Shown: positions 40,791-55,158 of the stretch, one piece after another | Numbering within the stretch: the first letter of the stretch is position 1 | Layout: each line of letters begins with the position of its first letter | Assembly (NCBI GenBank): GCA_951406725.2 | Contig: OX597819.1 | Coordinates: 133,796,001 to 133,860,000 of the forward strand | DNA length: 64,000 nt | DNA from: Octopus vulgaris | Lineage: Eukaryota | Direction: 5' to 3' | Translations under genes and position numbers: made by a program | Notes under the pieces: generated by a model | What the model saw: only the letters and a program-made list of their open reading frames with translations | The model's database searches: none | Told to the model about the DNA's origin: nothing

Positions 40791-42129
40791 AGCTTGTTCA
40801 GACACCTCCCCCTCCTGCAGTGAAACTTTGGCGCTCTACAGGATCGAGAGCAGCAGGATCTAGAGAGCGTCATTGTCTTCTTGAGACTAAATCATTATAT
40901 TTTAAGCGTCCATGTTACAACGGTAACGAAATGATGGGTTACGCTAATAAATCATACGGACTTGCAAGCGTTAACTAAAGATTTAGCAATGAATCGTGTG
41001 CAATCTCTAAGGTAGCGGATGTGTACAGAATATATTTTTATCTTCGAATTTGATCCGTAATTGAAGCGTTACATGCATAGGCTCAAATGAAACTATATTA
41101 GAGATTTTACGAACCCAAGTTGAAATATACTGTGGCGAATACAAAACAATTCTACTAAACAATTATAGTATACAACGAAATATTCATGTATTCGATTTAA
41201 AACTATCAATAAAACCATTGGTGTTCCACAATTAAGAGGATAACTTCTTTTCGTGTTTCAAATAAATATAATGTTTTAAGAAGTCAAACATTTAGAAATG
41301 ATGCTTGGTAATTCTGTGGGTGAGGAATAATGAAAAATATATTTCTTAAGCAGACATTATCAGTAAAAATCGATACCTTTTGATCACGCAAAAACTTTCT
41401 CTTCAGAATAGAAGCAGATGCATACATGCATCGTTCCAATTTGCCATTCCCTAAGGAAAAATATAAACTTAGAAGTTATCCCAATATCTACTGATGAAAC
41501 ATAATTTTGAGACCAGGTGCATCTTGTAAAAGTCCATTATATAATGCCGGTTATACTTCAGAATTTTATCAACTTTATAGCAGCGTCTACTATCAGTTTT
41601 CAATTCAAAATGTGCATCTTATTAAGAGTAAAATGTAAAAGAATCTATGTAGTACTGGATAATTCCCATCTGCTTCTCAGAACTTCAAAAGAAATTCTCT
41701 AAATAGTTTCTATGTATTTTCGATATTTTTCCAGGATGTATGGTTTAGTTTTTAATGAAATATTCTTCGGAAAAAATATGTTAAATAATATATTTGCTGA
41801 TATGCTCCCAACTGATGTAAATACGATTGAGAGACAAGCGAAGAAGGAAAAACATCAGTAATTTTTAAAATAGAGACAAATCAAAACGATATTATATATT
41901 GTAAAAGAAACTACTTTACACAAAGCAAAAAAGATTATCAAAAACATTAATATTCATGTAAAGTCGATGCAGGAGAGACCTCTTTCAGTTATATTTTAAA
42001 GCTACATAATTTATGCAAAAGAATTATGTATCAAGATTGCTCAAAATTTTGAAAGAATGTTTAGCGTTTTTAATCACTTTCATGTCATAGAGACCATCTG
42101 GTTTACTTAACATTTGCATATTTGATTCC

Positions 42130-42197
42130 CTATTGTGTGTGAACATATATATCTATATATCTATAAATACACACACACTATAAATATGTATATATAC

Positions 42198-42281
<84 letters not shown>

Positions 42282-42321
42282 CACACACACACTATAAATA
42301 TATATATATTTACATATATAC

Positions 42322-42366
<45 letters not shown>

Positions 42367-42925
42367 CACCTATATACACACAGACACACACACGTATATA
42401 CACATATATCTATACATGTATGCATACATATATATACATACATATATACACACAAAAATATATATATATAGTTATGTATATATGTAATTTATGTATATAG
42501 TAATGAATATTACAAACTATGAATATTTGTCGTTCTATGTAGAATGAATAAACACACACACACACTAAATACCCATAGACTCTATATGTATATGTGTGTA
42601 TCTGTATATATATGTGTGTGTGTGTATGTCTATGTTTGTGTGTGTATGTTTGTTTTGTATGTGTGTCTGCATGCTTGTGTCTGTGTGTTTGTGTGTGCGT
42701 ATGTGTATGTCTGTGTTTGTGTGTGTGTGTTTGTGTGTATGTTTGTGTTTGTGTGTGTGTGTATATTTGTGATTGTCTGTGTGTCTGTATGTTTGTGTAT
42801 GTATGTTTGTGTTTGGTGTGTGTGTGAATGCTTGTGTTCGTTTGTGCGTGTATGTTTGTGTTTGTGTGTGTGTATGTGTGCGTGTACATAGGCATACACA
42901 CAGACATACATACGTACGTATTAAA
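42130..42925. repeat. Large compound (TA)n/(CA)n/(TG)n microsatellite block
   Basis: Read directly. Confidence 0.95.
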
Positions 42926-44509
42926 GATAATCGGACATACATACATATTAAAGAGATAAATTCGGAAACAAAGTGTAGCTCAAATCAACAAATTCCCAGA
43001 CGCAAAATTTTAAACATAATTTTAAAAATACACATACATTAATACATTATAATACAGATCAATAGATTTATATATGTAAAAGTACCACAAGTAATTATAT
43101 AGATAGAAATATAGATTAAAAGAATGTAAAAACATTCGAGGTGTAAATAAGGTAAAAAGTTTGAGGTGCAAATAAAGTAAGACGTATATGGATTAAGCCA
43201 AACAACAACATGAAAGCGCCAAAGTCATTAAGTAGCAAAACATTTTGGACAGTTCAAAGAACAAATAACTTCATTTCAGTAAAAAAATTACACTGTAAAG
43301 AAGAGTCCGGTTATTAGAGGAATCGCATTAGGCAGCTGTTTCTGGAGTACATTTTAGTGAGGTAAGAAAGTTCGAAACTTTAACTTATCCTAGTAAATAA
43401 TGTCCCCTTCATCAGGAAGACGTCCTCCATAACGAATTACATCATGAAATAATCTATTAGAACATAACAGAGATCTATATAGGCTTTGTAGCTAATATGT
43501 AAATGGAATGATGAGAAACTTACAATGGAGTTGTCCAACTGTAGATTTAAGAGTGCAGATAGATCTAGCTTCTTGATATATTTCCTAACGTCTGGTTGCG
43601 GTTTCAAACCACTATCGTATTAAGAGTAGTTTATGATTGCATGAAAGAATGACAACTGTAAACCTGTTTAATATATTAGCTTTATACAGTTTAAGGATCA
43701 ATTACGACTCCCTAAACATAAAGTATACATGTTAGAATTTTCCCCCAAGGCGGGGGGGGCGGTCTCGGCAATGATAGTCCACGAGAAGTCGTAGTTCAAA
43801 TTGTTATCCCTAAGTTTATTTACATAGGCTACTAGGGTAGTAGAATTATTATACTTAGGGCTTACGAAGTAATTTAAGTGGGCCCTGTATCTCCTCTTGA
43901 AGTCTACAGTGCTAATTGTATATACCCTATTCTGTTTATTAGGTACCCTGAAAATACATTTGTGTATAACATTAAGCGAAAGACATGCACTGGCGAGAGG
44001 ACAGAGACTGGTGGTTCTACAATTACAGCTCTTCTTTAAAGGCGTTCCATTACAACTATTTTTCTTGAAACCCGTATTGATAGAGCCACTTCGATGCTAT
44101 TAATTGTCGACATAAAAACAAAAATGAAGATAGGTGTAACGAGACGCCATTAGAGAAGATCTGTAATTATAGAACCTCCAGTCTGTGTTGTTCTGCATTA
44201 TCCATATCTGTTTTATTTTATTTTCACCTCGAACATTTTACAACTATATTTTAACCCATAAATTTGTAGGTGGTACTTTTTTGTATATAGATCTATTGAT
44301 CTACATTAAAATGTATTAATGCATGTGTATATTTTTAAATATGTTTAAAATGTTGCGTCTGGGAATTTGTTGATTGATCTTAATTGACCTTTGTTTCTGA
44401 ATTTACCTCTTTAATTATCCTTCGTCTCGGATATTCTAAGCACTTCACAGTAATGACCAGTTCATCAGATGCTATTCCATCTTCATGGTCACAATGTTCT
44501 TCAGATTCT

Positions 44510-44735
44510 TATTTCTTTATTGCTCACAAGGGGGCAAACATAGAGGAGACAAACAAGGACAGACAAACGGATTAAATCGATTTGATCGACCCCAGTGCTT
44601 AACTGGTACTTATTTAATCGACCCCGAAAGGATGAAAGGCAAAGTCGACCTCGGTGGAATTGAACTCAGAACGTAACGCCAGACGAAATACCGCTAAGCA
44701 TTTTGCCCGGTGTGCTAACGTTTCTGCCAGCTCGC
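44510..44735 (-). mobile_element. tRNA-derived SINE monomer, same family as 17576
   Basis: Reverse complement of the 17576 monomer; probable 15-bp TSD TGTTCTTCARATTCT at 44495-44509 and 44749-44763 (1 mismatch). Confidence 0.9.
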
Positions 44736-45017
44736 AATCTTATGTTCTTGTTCTTCAAATTCTGTCTCGATTGTGCCATTCTTTGAACCATCTTGAACCA
44801 CATTACTTAACTAAATTGTCTTCCCATCATTGTGGAAGCCTTCCAGGTGACCTTTTCCGATCTCTTCAATACCACTCGGCAACTGCACAAATCCACCTGT
44901 AGTCTGTGAACCTTGGACATGTGCAGCAGAGCAGAACATATGCTTTTTCTACTCTGCCACCACATCGTTCACTCTGCTCCGTTCTCAATCTATTTCTTTT
45001 CGAATGTGCTCTCTTAA

Positions 45018-45071
<54 letters not shown>

Positions 45072-45354
45072 TCTTCGAGTACTTCAGTAAAAATGTCACA
45101 CTAGAGATTTCTTGTGTCAGCTTGCTTACCGCTATAATTCCATCAAATTCGAGAGTGAATAAAAGCAAAGAAAAATTACTGAAACGCAAAAGATTCAAAT
45201 ATGAACGTGGAAAGTCTACATTCCAGTTTAGATGAAATGACGTAATCAGCTTTCGCTGTTTTAACTGTGAAGAGAAAGAAAAAAAGAATGTAGAAGTTGA
45301 AACGAAGATAAAACTGAGACGAGAAGTTGGTTTTTTTTTTTGTGTGTTCGGGCG

Positions 45355-45798
45355 TAGATACATACACGGACATACATGCATACACAGAGATATGCACATA
45401 TATATATACACATATATGCATACACAGATACACACGCACATACATAAATATGTGCACAGATTCGTACATAGATCAGGATACACATGTACGTACAAAACCA
45501 GACACACACACACGTGTAAATACACTCAGATATACATACACACACACACTATATATATATATTTATTTATTTATTTATTTATATATATATAGTAATACAC
45601 ATATATATATATATACATATACACATATACACACATACATACATGTATATATATCAATGCATATATATTTATATATTTATACACATATACACATACGCAC
45701 ATGTGTATACACGTATATACACATACCTAAACTAAGATAAATATGCAGATACATATATGAATACATATATATATATCACGCACGCACACACAGATATT

Positions 45799-45881
<83 letters not shown>

Positions 45882-45885
45882 CTAT
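45355..45885. repeat. Compound (CA/TA)n and (GATA)n microsatellite block
   Basis: Read directly. Confidence 0.93.
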
Positions 45886-46714
45886 AATTATCTATAATGC
45901 ATAGATATACAACACCTAAACTTAATTGTCGTGCAATCGTATTGAAGTCATGATAAGATGCTTATTATACAACATAACGAAGTTATATCTCAGACAGACC
46001 GAAGTGAAGATTTTCACAGAAATTTACGAAAATTGTCATTTTTTAACTGAATTATAATAAATGTGGAAAGATTGAGTTATTTGATAATTTGAAAATAATC
46101 ACTTGTATTATTTAGCATATTGATAAGCATATTGACCACGATGTAGTGTGAGGTGTGTTAACATGCAAGTAACATCCACAGAGTATTCATTAAAAGTCCT
46201 AATATGTGGTCCGAAATGAAAAGACGAGTAATTAAGTATAGGTCATGGTTTTATTAAATGTCCAATCTATTAGTCTGCATCTAATGTAAACAAAGGAAGG
46301 TAAAATGATTAATGTTATTTACGTAAATAAACAGAAATGGGATCGATCGTTTTGAATACCTCACCATCGATGGTGACATACTTTAGAGAATGGGAGAAGG
46401 ATTTCTGTTTTCGATCTAAGATTGTGTTTTCAATGATGAATCCAATATACTGAGCAAATGATGATTTATTCAATTTCCACCTAAGCATTTATAGTGTATG
46501 CTCCAAATGTATGTAAGTTAAATTGATCGCTTGGTTGTCGTTTCCCTAGACTGCCAAGGACACAATAATGTCATATTTTACTACTGTAGTAATATAGTTT
46601 GAATGAACACACTGTGACTAAAAGAATCCAATTAGGAAGATAAAGTTTCTACATTAACCACTGGTAAGTGGTATATTTACTGGATGAGAATATAATCATA
46701 CAACTATTCAATAA

Positions 46715-46823
46715 CCGCATCAATATGGCTGTTCGACGTTTCTACCGTTTAACCCCAAGCAGGGCTGTCGAAGGCTTTTTTGGGGTCAAACAGTAGTAAC
46801 GCCGAATAGCCATATTTATGTGG
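46715..46823. repeat. Imperfect 45-bp-arm hairpin (fold-back or MITE-like)
   Basis: CCGCATCAATATGGCTGTTCGACG...CCCCAAG versus TTTGGGGTC...GCCATATTTATGTGG; 8 differences. Confidence 0.85.
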
Positions 46824-49800
46824 CGATAACCATTACCTTTCAGTATTGTTACTACTTTCAGCTCAAATTGAGATTTTCTAAATATTCAATAACCACACCA
46901 GTGATTTAGAAGAATGAAGACCAACTTCAAGAGCTCTTTGGAAATAAGGAGAAGTACGTGAGGACTTCCATGATGTAATCGCCATTACAGATTCTGTTGT
47001 AGAAATCATGAACCTACCTCTGTGCTGCCTTCATAATTGCTCATCCAGATTGTCTAGGCTCGTCAGTGTCAACAGAGTTGGTTCAGATACACCAGCAAAC
47101 ACCAGATTCCTTCCTAAAAGGAAACTTTTTAAAGCACGGCAACGTCATCGCGTATTGCATTCTCTAACATGATACTCTTAAGGCCCTGGAATAACTCGCT
47201 GTTAAGGGGTCAGCACTTGTTGCCTGCATCGAGTCAACTCTGCAGCGTTTTAACCCTCTGCTTTGCAGATGTTGCTGAATGCTTGGAGGGAAAGTCAGCT
47301 TCAGAAAACTTTAGTTCTCCTCTAGTCTACACCTCTGTAAGATGACCGCCTTCCTGCTTTGACGTTATAGAAGCAAAGCTGAAGACACTACACTATTTCA
47401 TGTAGCAGGGGTGCGGTCTGCTTTCTGTGTGGAACATTTATATCGTGTTTGTATTTGATGTCCATTGGGGTTGAGAATTCGAAAGGTGACCATATCGCCG
47501 TTTTTTTTTCTATTTAGTTGGGAGATATTTTTAGTTGTCTGAATTAGGTTTCATGGGATTCGCACAAATACATCATTAATAAATAATTCCTAAAAATCCC
47601 TACAAATTTTGATGTGACATGCGCTATTAATTGCTCCTTCTGCCATTATTTCCTTACATTATGTGTAGTAGTTTTCTGCCAAATGTGTTAGAAAATATAT
47701 TTGAATATATTGAAAAGGGCGGGGTGTTAACATTCTTTTCATTTCCCATTTACAGATTATTCACAATCAATTTCCTGTTAAATACTAAAACAGTTTTTGA
47801 CTCGCATGTTATTTGCAATAATTTATTTTCTAGGTATCATTTATAATCCCCGTAAACACGCTCCAAAGTGGTTCATCGCTTGCAAATTAATGAAACCCAT
47901 TCCATAACAGTGGCGAATCTCAAGTCTAATCTAAACTTTTATCTCAAATATCGTTATTTTTATTGCGTGAGGAGCAGCAGGGCTTAATCAAGCAGGTTTA
48001 GAGCAAACAAGTTGCCATTCGAATGACAGGACACCAATAACAGATTCCTCTTCTAAATAGAATTGGTCTCCACTGACAACCATTATCCACACTCGCGCAT
48101 GTTGACCACAGTCTGACTACTGTTTGTCTACGGAACCTAAGAACCAATCTGACTCCCAATATGTTGGCATTAGTCATGGTAAAGCACAACATAACAATTC
48201 CGATATTTTACTCCTTTTTACTATTCAATAAATATCTATACGACGACCACAAAACAAATGCTAGCTTATCTACCCACCCTGTAACAAGAAAACCTGAAAT
48301 CAATCACAACGCACCAAGTACTGAAGGTCTGAAATTAGTTTTTGTCATTTTCATTCCAGCACAGTATTTTTCGCCATGGACGATGCTTATATTACAAGTT
48401 ATATTTGTGTCTCTGTTTTTTAACCTTAGGTCCTTTAAAAATATGGCTGTTCAATGGTCATCGTCTAAGACGCACTGAAATTCATGGCAGTAGTTATACC
48501 TACATTCCTGTACGGTTCTAAAACCTAAACAAACTATAAGCAACATCTTCGAAGTCTGGAAATATATGCAAAACAAGATTTAAACATGGCGGGAGTACTT
48601 CATGTTGGCTACTCCCCACCTCATTTAACGCAGAAGTTAAAACGAGGATTCACCAAATTTATACATCAAAGTCCATTTATTGCATGTAATCGGAACTGAC
48701 ATGTTATATACATACACAGAAAGATTAGAATTGACAAGTTCTACATAAACCCCAAAACAAGTTAAATATATAGAAATATGTAAATGTTAAATCTACAAAT
48801 GTTAAATTTTATATATAAATATTAACTACAAATATTAACTGACAAGTTATATTTACAAAGAAAGATTAACTTCACCTGCCAATGCCAGGGTTGATCTGAG
48901 TTAAGTACTGTAAGTTTTAACATCTCACAGCTTTATGCATCATACTACATCTACAAAATATTCACTTTTTCCAAAAAAAAAAAAACATTCGCCGTCTGAT
49001 AATTCTTTTGTCTCCTGGAAATGCATTGGTTTTCCTACACTGCTCTTTATATCTCGTAGACATAAATCACAGTCTTGGATGAGCCATCGGATTTCTCGAA
49101 TAATTCTTTTTTCGAGCCTCCCCATTGCTCTCCGAAACAAGTGACCACTGAGCTCAAATATATTCTACGTGGATACCGTTTGGCAGTTCGTAACCAAACT
49201 CTTCCGTTGTTGTCTTTAAAGGAGACAGGACCCGTATTTAGTTGTTATTTACCTTGAAAGCTGAATAATTTCCCTCCATCAACACATTATTGAAGTCGAA
49301 ATCACAGGTAAATACTGTGACAGGGTTTTTTTGTCTCAGTTCCGTTTCATTTCAGAATGCCAGCTAAAACAAGAGACACCTGTAATTTTCACCTGTTATG
49401 CATTGATTGATTCGCTACTCCTCCTTTTGGATTAATATAACATTCACCTCTCTTTCTGGCTCGAGCAGTACTTATTCTATTGGGAGCTTTTTCTGTCCTC
49501 CACTTCCATTGGTTCATTCCAAACCCAAAGTGAGTTCGGGAATTACTCCAGAGAAAGAATTAGATTCCCTATTTTCTTATTTTAACTTTAGCTTCTTAAA
49601 GTGTACCGAATTTAACAGAACCAACTTTTAGACCTCGACTATCGAAGCAAATTTGAGAGCTTTTTCTGGGAAAACGTAATCTGTAATTCTCACTTGAGGT
49701 GATTTTGTTAATTAATAAATTCAGTAGTTTCCACTCTTGCTGACCAAGTAGTGTCTGACAGTGACTTCATGGTTAGTAATCTTTTACTTCCTTCAAATGT

Positions 49801-52415
49801 GTCATTAAATTTGATCACCTATGAATAACAGGTGTAAGAAACTGAAATATATAACAAATTCAACAGATAAAAGTCGGCAGACTATCCAAGAATATTCAGT
49901 GAATAAACCAGATGGAGACTAAGAGTTGCTGCCGGCATCTTATAATTATTATTACGCCTGCTTTACTACAGACCTGTATAGGACTTCAACAAGTTGCTGG
50001 CATATCGTAGAATGTATCTCTGTAGTTTTGGTAGAAATTCTACCAACGGTGTAACGTGTCCTGCAATCTTGTGAATAGCATTGCCAGAACCTCGCTACAG
50101 CAGTAGGCGGTGGATCAATCTCAGAGCCTTGTGAATTCCAATGATCAGCAAAGTTAAAAGACGTTCCATTGCTAGAATATCTATGATTGCTTACAATTTT
50201 CAGGATTGCCAAATTTTTTAATGTGACCGAGGAGAAAGGATTCATCTTCTGTAATAAATCCCATTATTGTTCAAGCCCATGATTTCTTCCCTAACCCTAA
50301 ATGTCAGACCTTTTCTCGGGTTGTTGCCACCACAAAAACGTACTTCATATATTCTGTCAGATGATTCCGTAATTAGATTATTACATTGCCACATAGAAGA
50401 TCTGCATTACGTTCATCATTGTCATGGTGAACATAGCATGGTTCCTGAACAAGCGCTGCTCACCACCATCATGAGTTTCGGGTGTGGATATTAGAAATGA
50501 CGGTGAGGTCAATCCTGTCTAACTTGACCTTTATTTAATAATGGCGTCGAGGTCCTAGATAGAAATCAGATATATTTCTCTTTCGATATGATATCAGGTA
50601 TTGACCAAAAGAGTAGTTATCAGTTGTGGGAAACAGAATATCTGGGTCAGGATGCTATAAAGTGAATTCACTGTAAATATCTGAAGTAAATGTAGGAAGT
50701 AAGGATCATTTCTTTGGTAAATTGAGTTCACACGTGCAGAGGAATTTTGGAGCGGGTAGGTTGTTCCTTAAAACTAACATTCGCACCTGGTTCTTTACCA
50801 TTAGCTTCTATATTTCTCCTTTGGAAATAGAGAAAACAAACTTGTAAGCCGTTGTGCCAATACAGTAGTTTTTTTTTTTTTGTACTACATTAAAATATCT
50901 TTCTCATGGCCTACGGAATAGTTGTCATATGACATACTGGAACTTCTGAATGTAGGAATGTAAATGGAAAGAAACATATAATCGTATGTTCCGTTAGACG
51001 TGTTAATATGTGATATCAATATGTCTAGCACACGAATTTTGATAAAGGTAGCAAATACTTTCTGTTGTTTTTTGTTTTGTTTTTTTTATTATCATATCTT
51101 TTGTAAGGTCGGCCATTATAAATCTATCATTATAAATCTATACCGTAACAAAAAGTCTGAAGAAAATTATGCTCATCCAGTTGTAGAACAGACAAAGAAG
51201 TAAGCAAAGAAGAGGTGGAGAAAGAAAGATCCTGTCTCGAAACAATGATAACGCGCCATCAGCCATCGGCCTAGTTGGGAAGACCAGGCCATTGGAATGT
51301 TGGTTGAAACAGGTCGCCTATTTGCAAACGGATTAAGAAAGCGTAATGGCAGCGAGAAAAGAAGCTGTACAAAAATTGATTTAAAGACAACTTGATTAAG
51401 AATTTCATGAATATATGCGTGTGGGATTCACTCACAATGTTTATTTTTTCCGATAAACGAGAGGAAAGAAAGTAGCAAAGAGTGACCAATGCATCGCAAT
51501 TCTTCGCTTTGGCGACAAACCTTTTCCAGTGACGGTACTTGCAGAAATACCACAAGAGTTAAATTTCAAGGAATTGTGGATTTATCTAAAGAAAAACCAG
51601 AATTTTGACAACGAAGTTCTGGAAGCTATTACTGAAATCTGTTCAATAATCAGGTGACTGAGAAATTTGTGTATTTAAGTAATCCACTTTACGTTAACTG
51701 TTTATTGCATAAGTAGGTTATTTCTTAGTTGTCAGGTTAATAACAAGTGAAGAAATAAAGCAAGTATTGCGTCGCACATTTCACTTTCTCTTCTCAGAAG
51801 ATCATCCCATTATTGCTGCAGAGTAATTGACTGGACACAGTCTACTATTTCTGCTAAATTTGTTGGAAGGATTCTCGTTTAGAAATCTGCTAATTTTCAA
51901 TTCCACAAGAATTTTGTTTATTTCATCAGCTTTCGAGTATTTTCCTCCATTCTAAACTTGTCCTGTTTTCTTTGCACAGACGCTGGTTTTATTTGATTGT
52001 TAAACACGCTTCATTACACGCAGAGTAATTTGTTTTCGTTAAATCCTCTTCTAAGCATTGTTTGTGCTAATGATGCTACGACTACAATATTAAGATTGCT
52101 GCTTAAAATGATGTTGATGCTGCTGCTAATGATGTTGGTGCTGCTTCTAATGATGTTGGTGCTGCTGCTAATGATGTTGCTGCTGCTGCTAATGCAAGTG
52201 TCTATTATCCCAATGTTGTTTATCCTAATGATAGATTGTTATTGTTTAGCCTAACGTCATTCCGAATGAAAAGACATGTAAGCCAGGGCGCTCCAGCAGT
52301 GACCACCATACTTTTGTGTAGGGGGAAACAGTACGATATTATCCACTGGTCCTTTTTAAGATGATTGGATACTGTAGAGGATAATTTGACTGATATATAT
52401 ATATATATATATATA

Positions 52416-52459
<44 letters not shown>

Positions 52460-52476
52460 ACAAAGTGTACGTACGC

Positions 52477-52546
<70 letters not shown>

Positions 52547-53136
52547 TGTCAGTCAGAATCTGGTCTTAAAAGTCATCTAAGGGCTCATCAACGGAGTTAT
52601 TGTGCTGTGTGATGGGACGGCTGTCATCTCTCAAAATGAAGCAATCATCAAATATATGACACATATATGTGAAAGAATGAGAAGAGATGGATTTTATGGG
52701 GGGATAATTACGTGGCGGATTTAGAATTTTTTGCCCCAGTAACTCATACTGAAGAAAGTTGAGGTCCATCCGGCCAGAACCCGAAACCATGGTATATGAA
52801 CATCTCAATGGCAGAATCTTCAGAGGTATACTTTTACATGTCATAATTCTTTACCCGTTTCCTCGCTTAATGTTATTTTCTATTATTTTGGTGCCTTCTG
52901 GTGCTTGAATCGAGACTTTAGCTCTTGTTTCTAAACAGGGTGACGCTTGCATCATCCTACCGCTTCGTGCTAGTTTTACATTTTATAGCTACATAATGTT
53001 ATCAGACCTGTGAACCGTCTATATCACTGCTGTTAATATTATCAATAAAAAATACTCACCATTGATTATATTAAGAATAGTAACATCATATTTCGAACGT
53101 AGAAATTCGAAAGTTTATATATATCTTTATATATAT

Positions 53137-53451
53137 ACGAGAAAGAAGCAACAAGAATGGATTGGTTTTTAGTACAATTGTTTCATACAAAGACAGGCTT
53201 TATTACAAGTTGCAAAAATTGTAGCAGATAAAAGTGTCCCGTACTCATCAGCTAAAATACATTTGAGTTCTCTAGACATCTTAGTGGGTGAGGTTATACT
53301 CATGAGATATTGGAGATAGTTCCATTAGAGGCAGATATAGGTTGTAAACAGTTTTCCAAAGTTCCTTAATGATGATGCACAGTCTTATCACAGAATTTTC
53401 AAAAAACTTATTAGTTTCGAAGAGAAGATGAATCAATCCATAGTGTGGATT

Positions 53452-53452
<1 letters not shown>
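53137..53452 (-). mobile_element. Hammerhead-bearing repeat, copy 2
   Basis: 203 bp shared with 19304-19506; extends ~110 bp further on the other side; flanked by TA-rich microsatellites. Confidence 0.8.
53167..53257 (-). ncRNA. Type I hammerhead ribozyme, intact core (copy 2)
   Basis: Identical to 19334-19424 except one substitution in distal stem II. Confidence 0.85.
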
Positions 53453-53504
<52 letters not shown>

Positions 53505-53585
53505 GTGTGTATGTGTGTGTATGTGTGTGTGTGTGTGTGTGTGTCTATGTATGTATGTATGTATAAATATGTATATATGTACATA

Positions 53586-54754
53586 CAGGGTGCGAGGGGC
53601 ATTTGAGGACGTCTCGTTTTTAGTTCATTACACCTTCAAATTATTTAGTGTGTGCTTTTCTTTTTTAGATTACTCTTTCAAGATATGAAGCCAACTCAAG
53701 AAATGAAGAAATGCAGTAATAGTTGCTATTCTTGCAAACCACAGGGATTCAAAATGTAGCAGCATCGTTTTTACGCAATGTTTGGTTAGAATTGGAGGTA
53801 TGTGATGGTGATATTTTACCTGTATCAAAGAGGAGAGAACATTGTGCGAAAAAGACACCGGAATTTATACAACATATTCAAAACATTATCGTTGAAAGCT
53901 CCAGAAGATCAATAAGGTCCACTGGTAAAGAACTTCGGGTGGCGGGGTGGACTGCGGTACATCGTAACATTCGATACAAGTCCTATGTAAAATGAGGAAA
54001 GGCCAATTCGTGTCTACAGAGACACAGGAAAACCATCTCATTCGTTCAAAACGGTTAATTAACAAAGTGAAAAATCGTCATGAACGATGGTTTTTCTCTG
54101 ATGAAAAAACTTTGACCATGATTAAAAGTCTTAACAAAAGAAACGACAGGTGGTTATGTGCAGATCCTTCTGAATTACCCAGAATGATACACACGAAACG
54201 TCCAGGAACATGTGATGGTTTTAAGAGTGGTGAGTTGTGAAAGTCATGTGATGCCTCCACATCTTTTTCCACAGGGTGTTAGAATTAAAGCTGCTGGATA
54301 CATTGAGGTACAGGAAACTGTTATCAAGCCCTGGATTGCGGAGGTATGCACTGGAAGGTCATACGTGTTTCAACAAGACTTAGCACCTTCTCAAAGGACC
54401 TAGTCATACAAAAATGGTTTACGATAATGTAACACCTAATGTGTGGCCTCCAAGCTCGTCAGATTTCAACCCTATGGACTACGACGTGTGGAGCACTGTT
54501 GACAGGGAAATTAATCGTCATCCACATAATACCGTAGCTTCACTGAAGGCTGCCGTTGTCCTGGTGATGACAGCGGTTTCGGTCCCGCATTGAAGCAGTC
54601 ATCGAAACCGAAGGCAGTTCCATAGCATAATTGAATTTAAAATTATTATCAAGACTAATTGCACAAATCTTTATTCAAATACATATTTATTCATACTGAA
54701 ATAGTGTTGTTTAATTCTATACCAAAACTATCCTCGAATACCCCTCGCACCCTG
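53586..54754 (+). mobile_element. maT/mariner-like (DDD) DNA transposon, full length and decayed
   Basis: 24-bp TIRs CAGGGTGCGAGGGG(C/T)ATT(T/C)GAGGA, TA TSD on both sides; WFFSDEK, RNDRWL, YVFQQDLAPS, VWPPSSSDFNPMDYDVW. Confidence 0.93.
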
Positions 54755-54776
54755 TATGTATGTGTATATATATATG

Positions 54777-54813
<37 letters not shown>

Positions 54814-54899
54814 GTGTGTGTGTGTTTGTGTGTATGTGTGTGCGTGTGTGTGTATGTGAGTGTGTGTGTGTGTATGTATGTATTTATATATATATATAT

Positions 54900-55124
54900 G
54901 TATTTATTGGTAAAAACGGTAAGATAAGAAAAGAAAGAAAGAGACCTCAATATTATGTAATTAGAGGAAATTTATCTATAAAATAATATGTACAATTATT
55001 CAATAGTCAAGATAAAACTCTGAATGGCCAGATAACCAAAGAGATGGTGTTGTGGATTTCCACTTCGGCATCCGAAACTCAGTTTTATCTTGACTATTGA
55101 ATAATTGTGCATATTATTTAATAG

Positions 55125-55127
<3 letters not shown>
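54900..55127. mobile_element. Penelope-pLTR-like fragment: 47-bp inverted repeat enclosing a degenerate hammerhead
   Basis: Arms 54973-55019 and 55081-55127 (2 mismatches); AGATAA-CCAAAGA-GATG...CATC-C-GAAAC-TCA-GTT-TTATCT. Confidence 0.65.

Positions 55128-55158
<31 letters not shown>

Noticed and set aside
51050-51620. Possible mariner fragment (NDNAP motif)
   Set aside because: Single short motif with no TIRs found.
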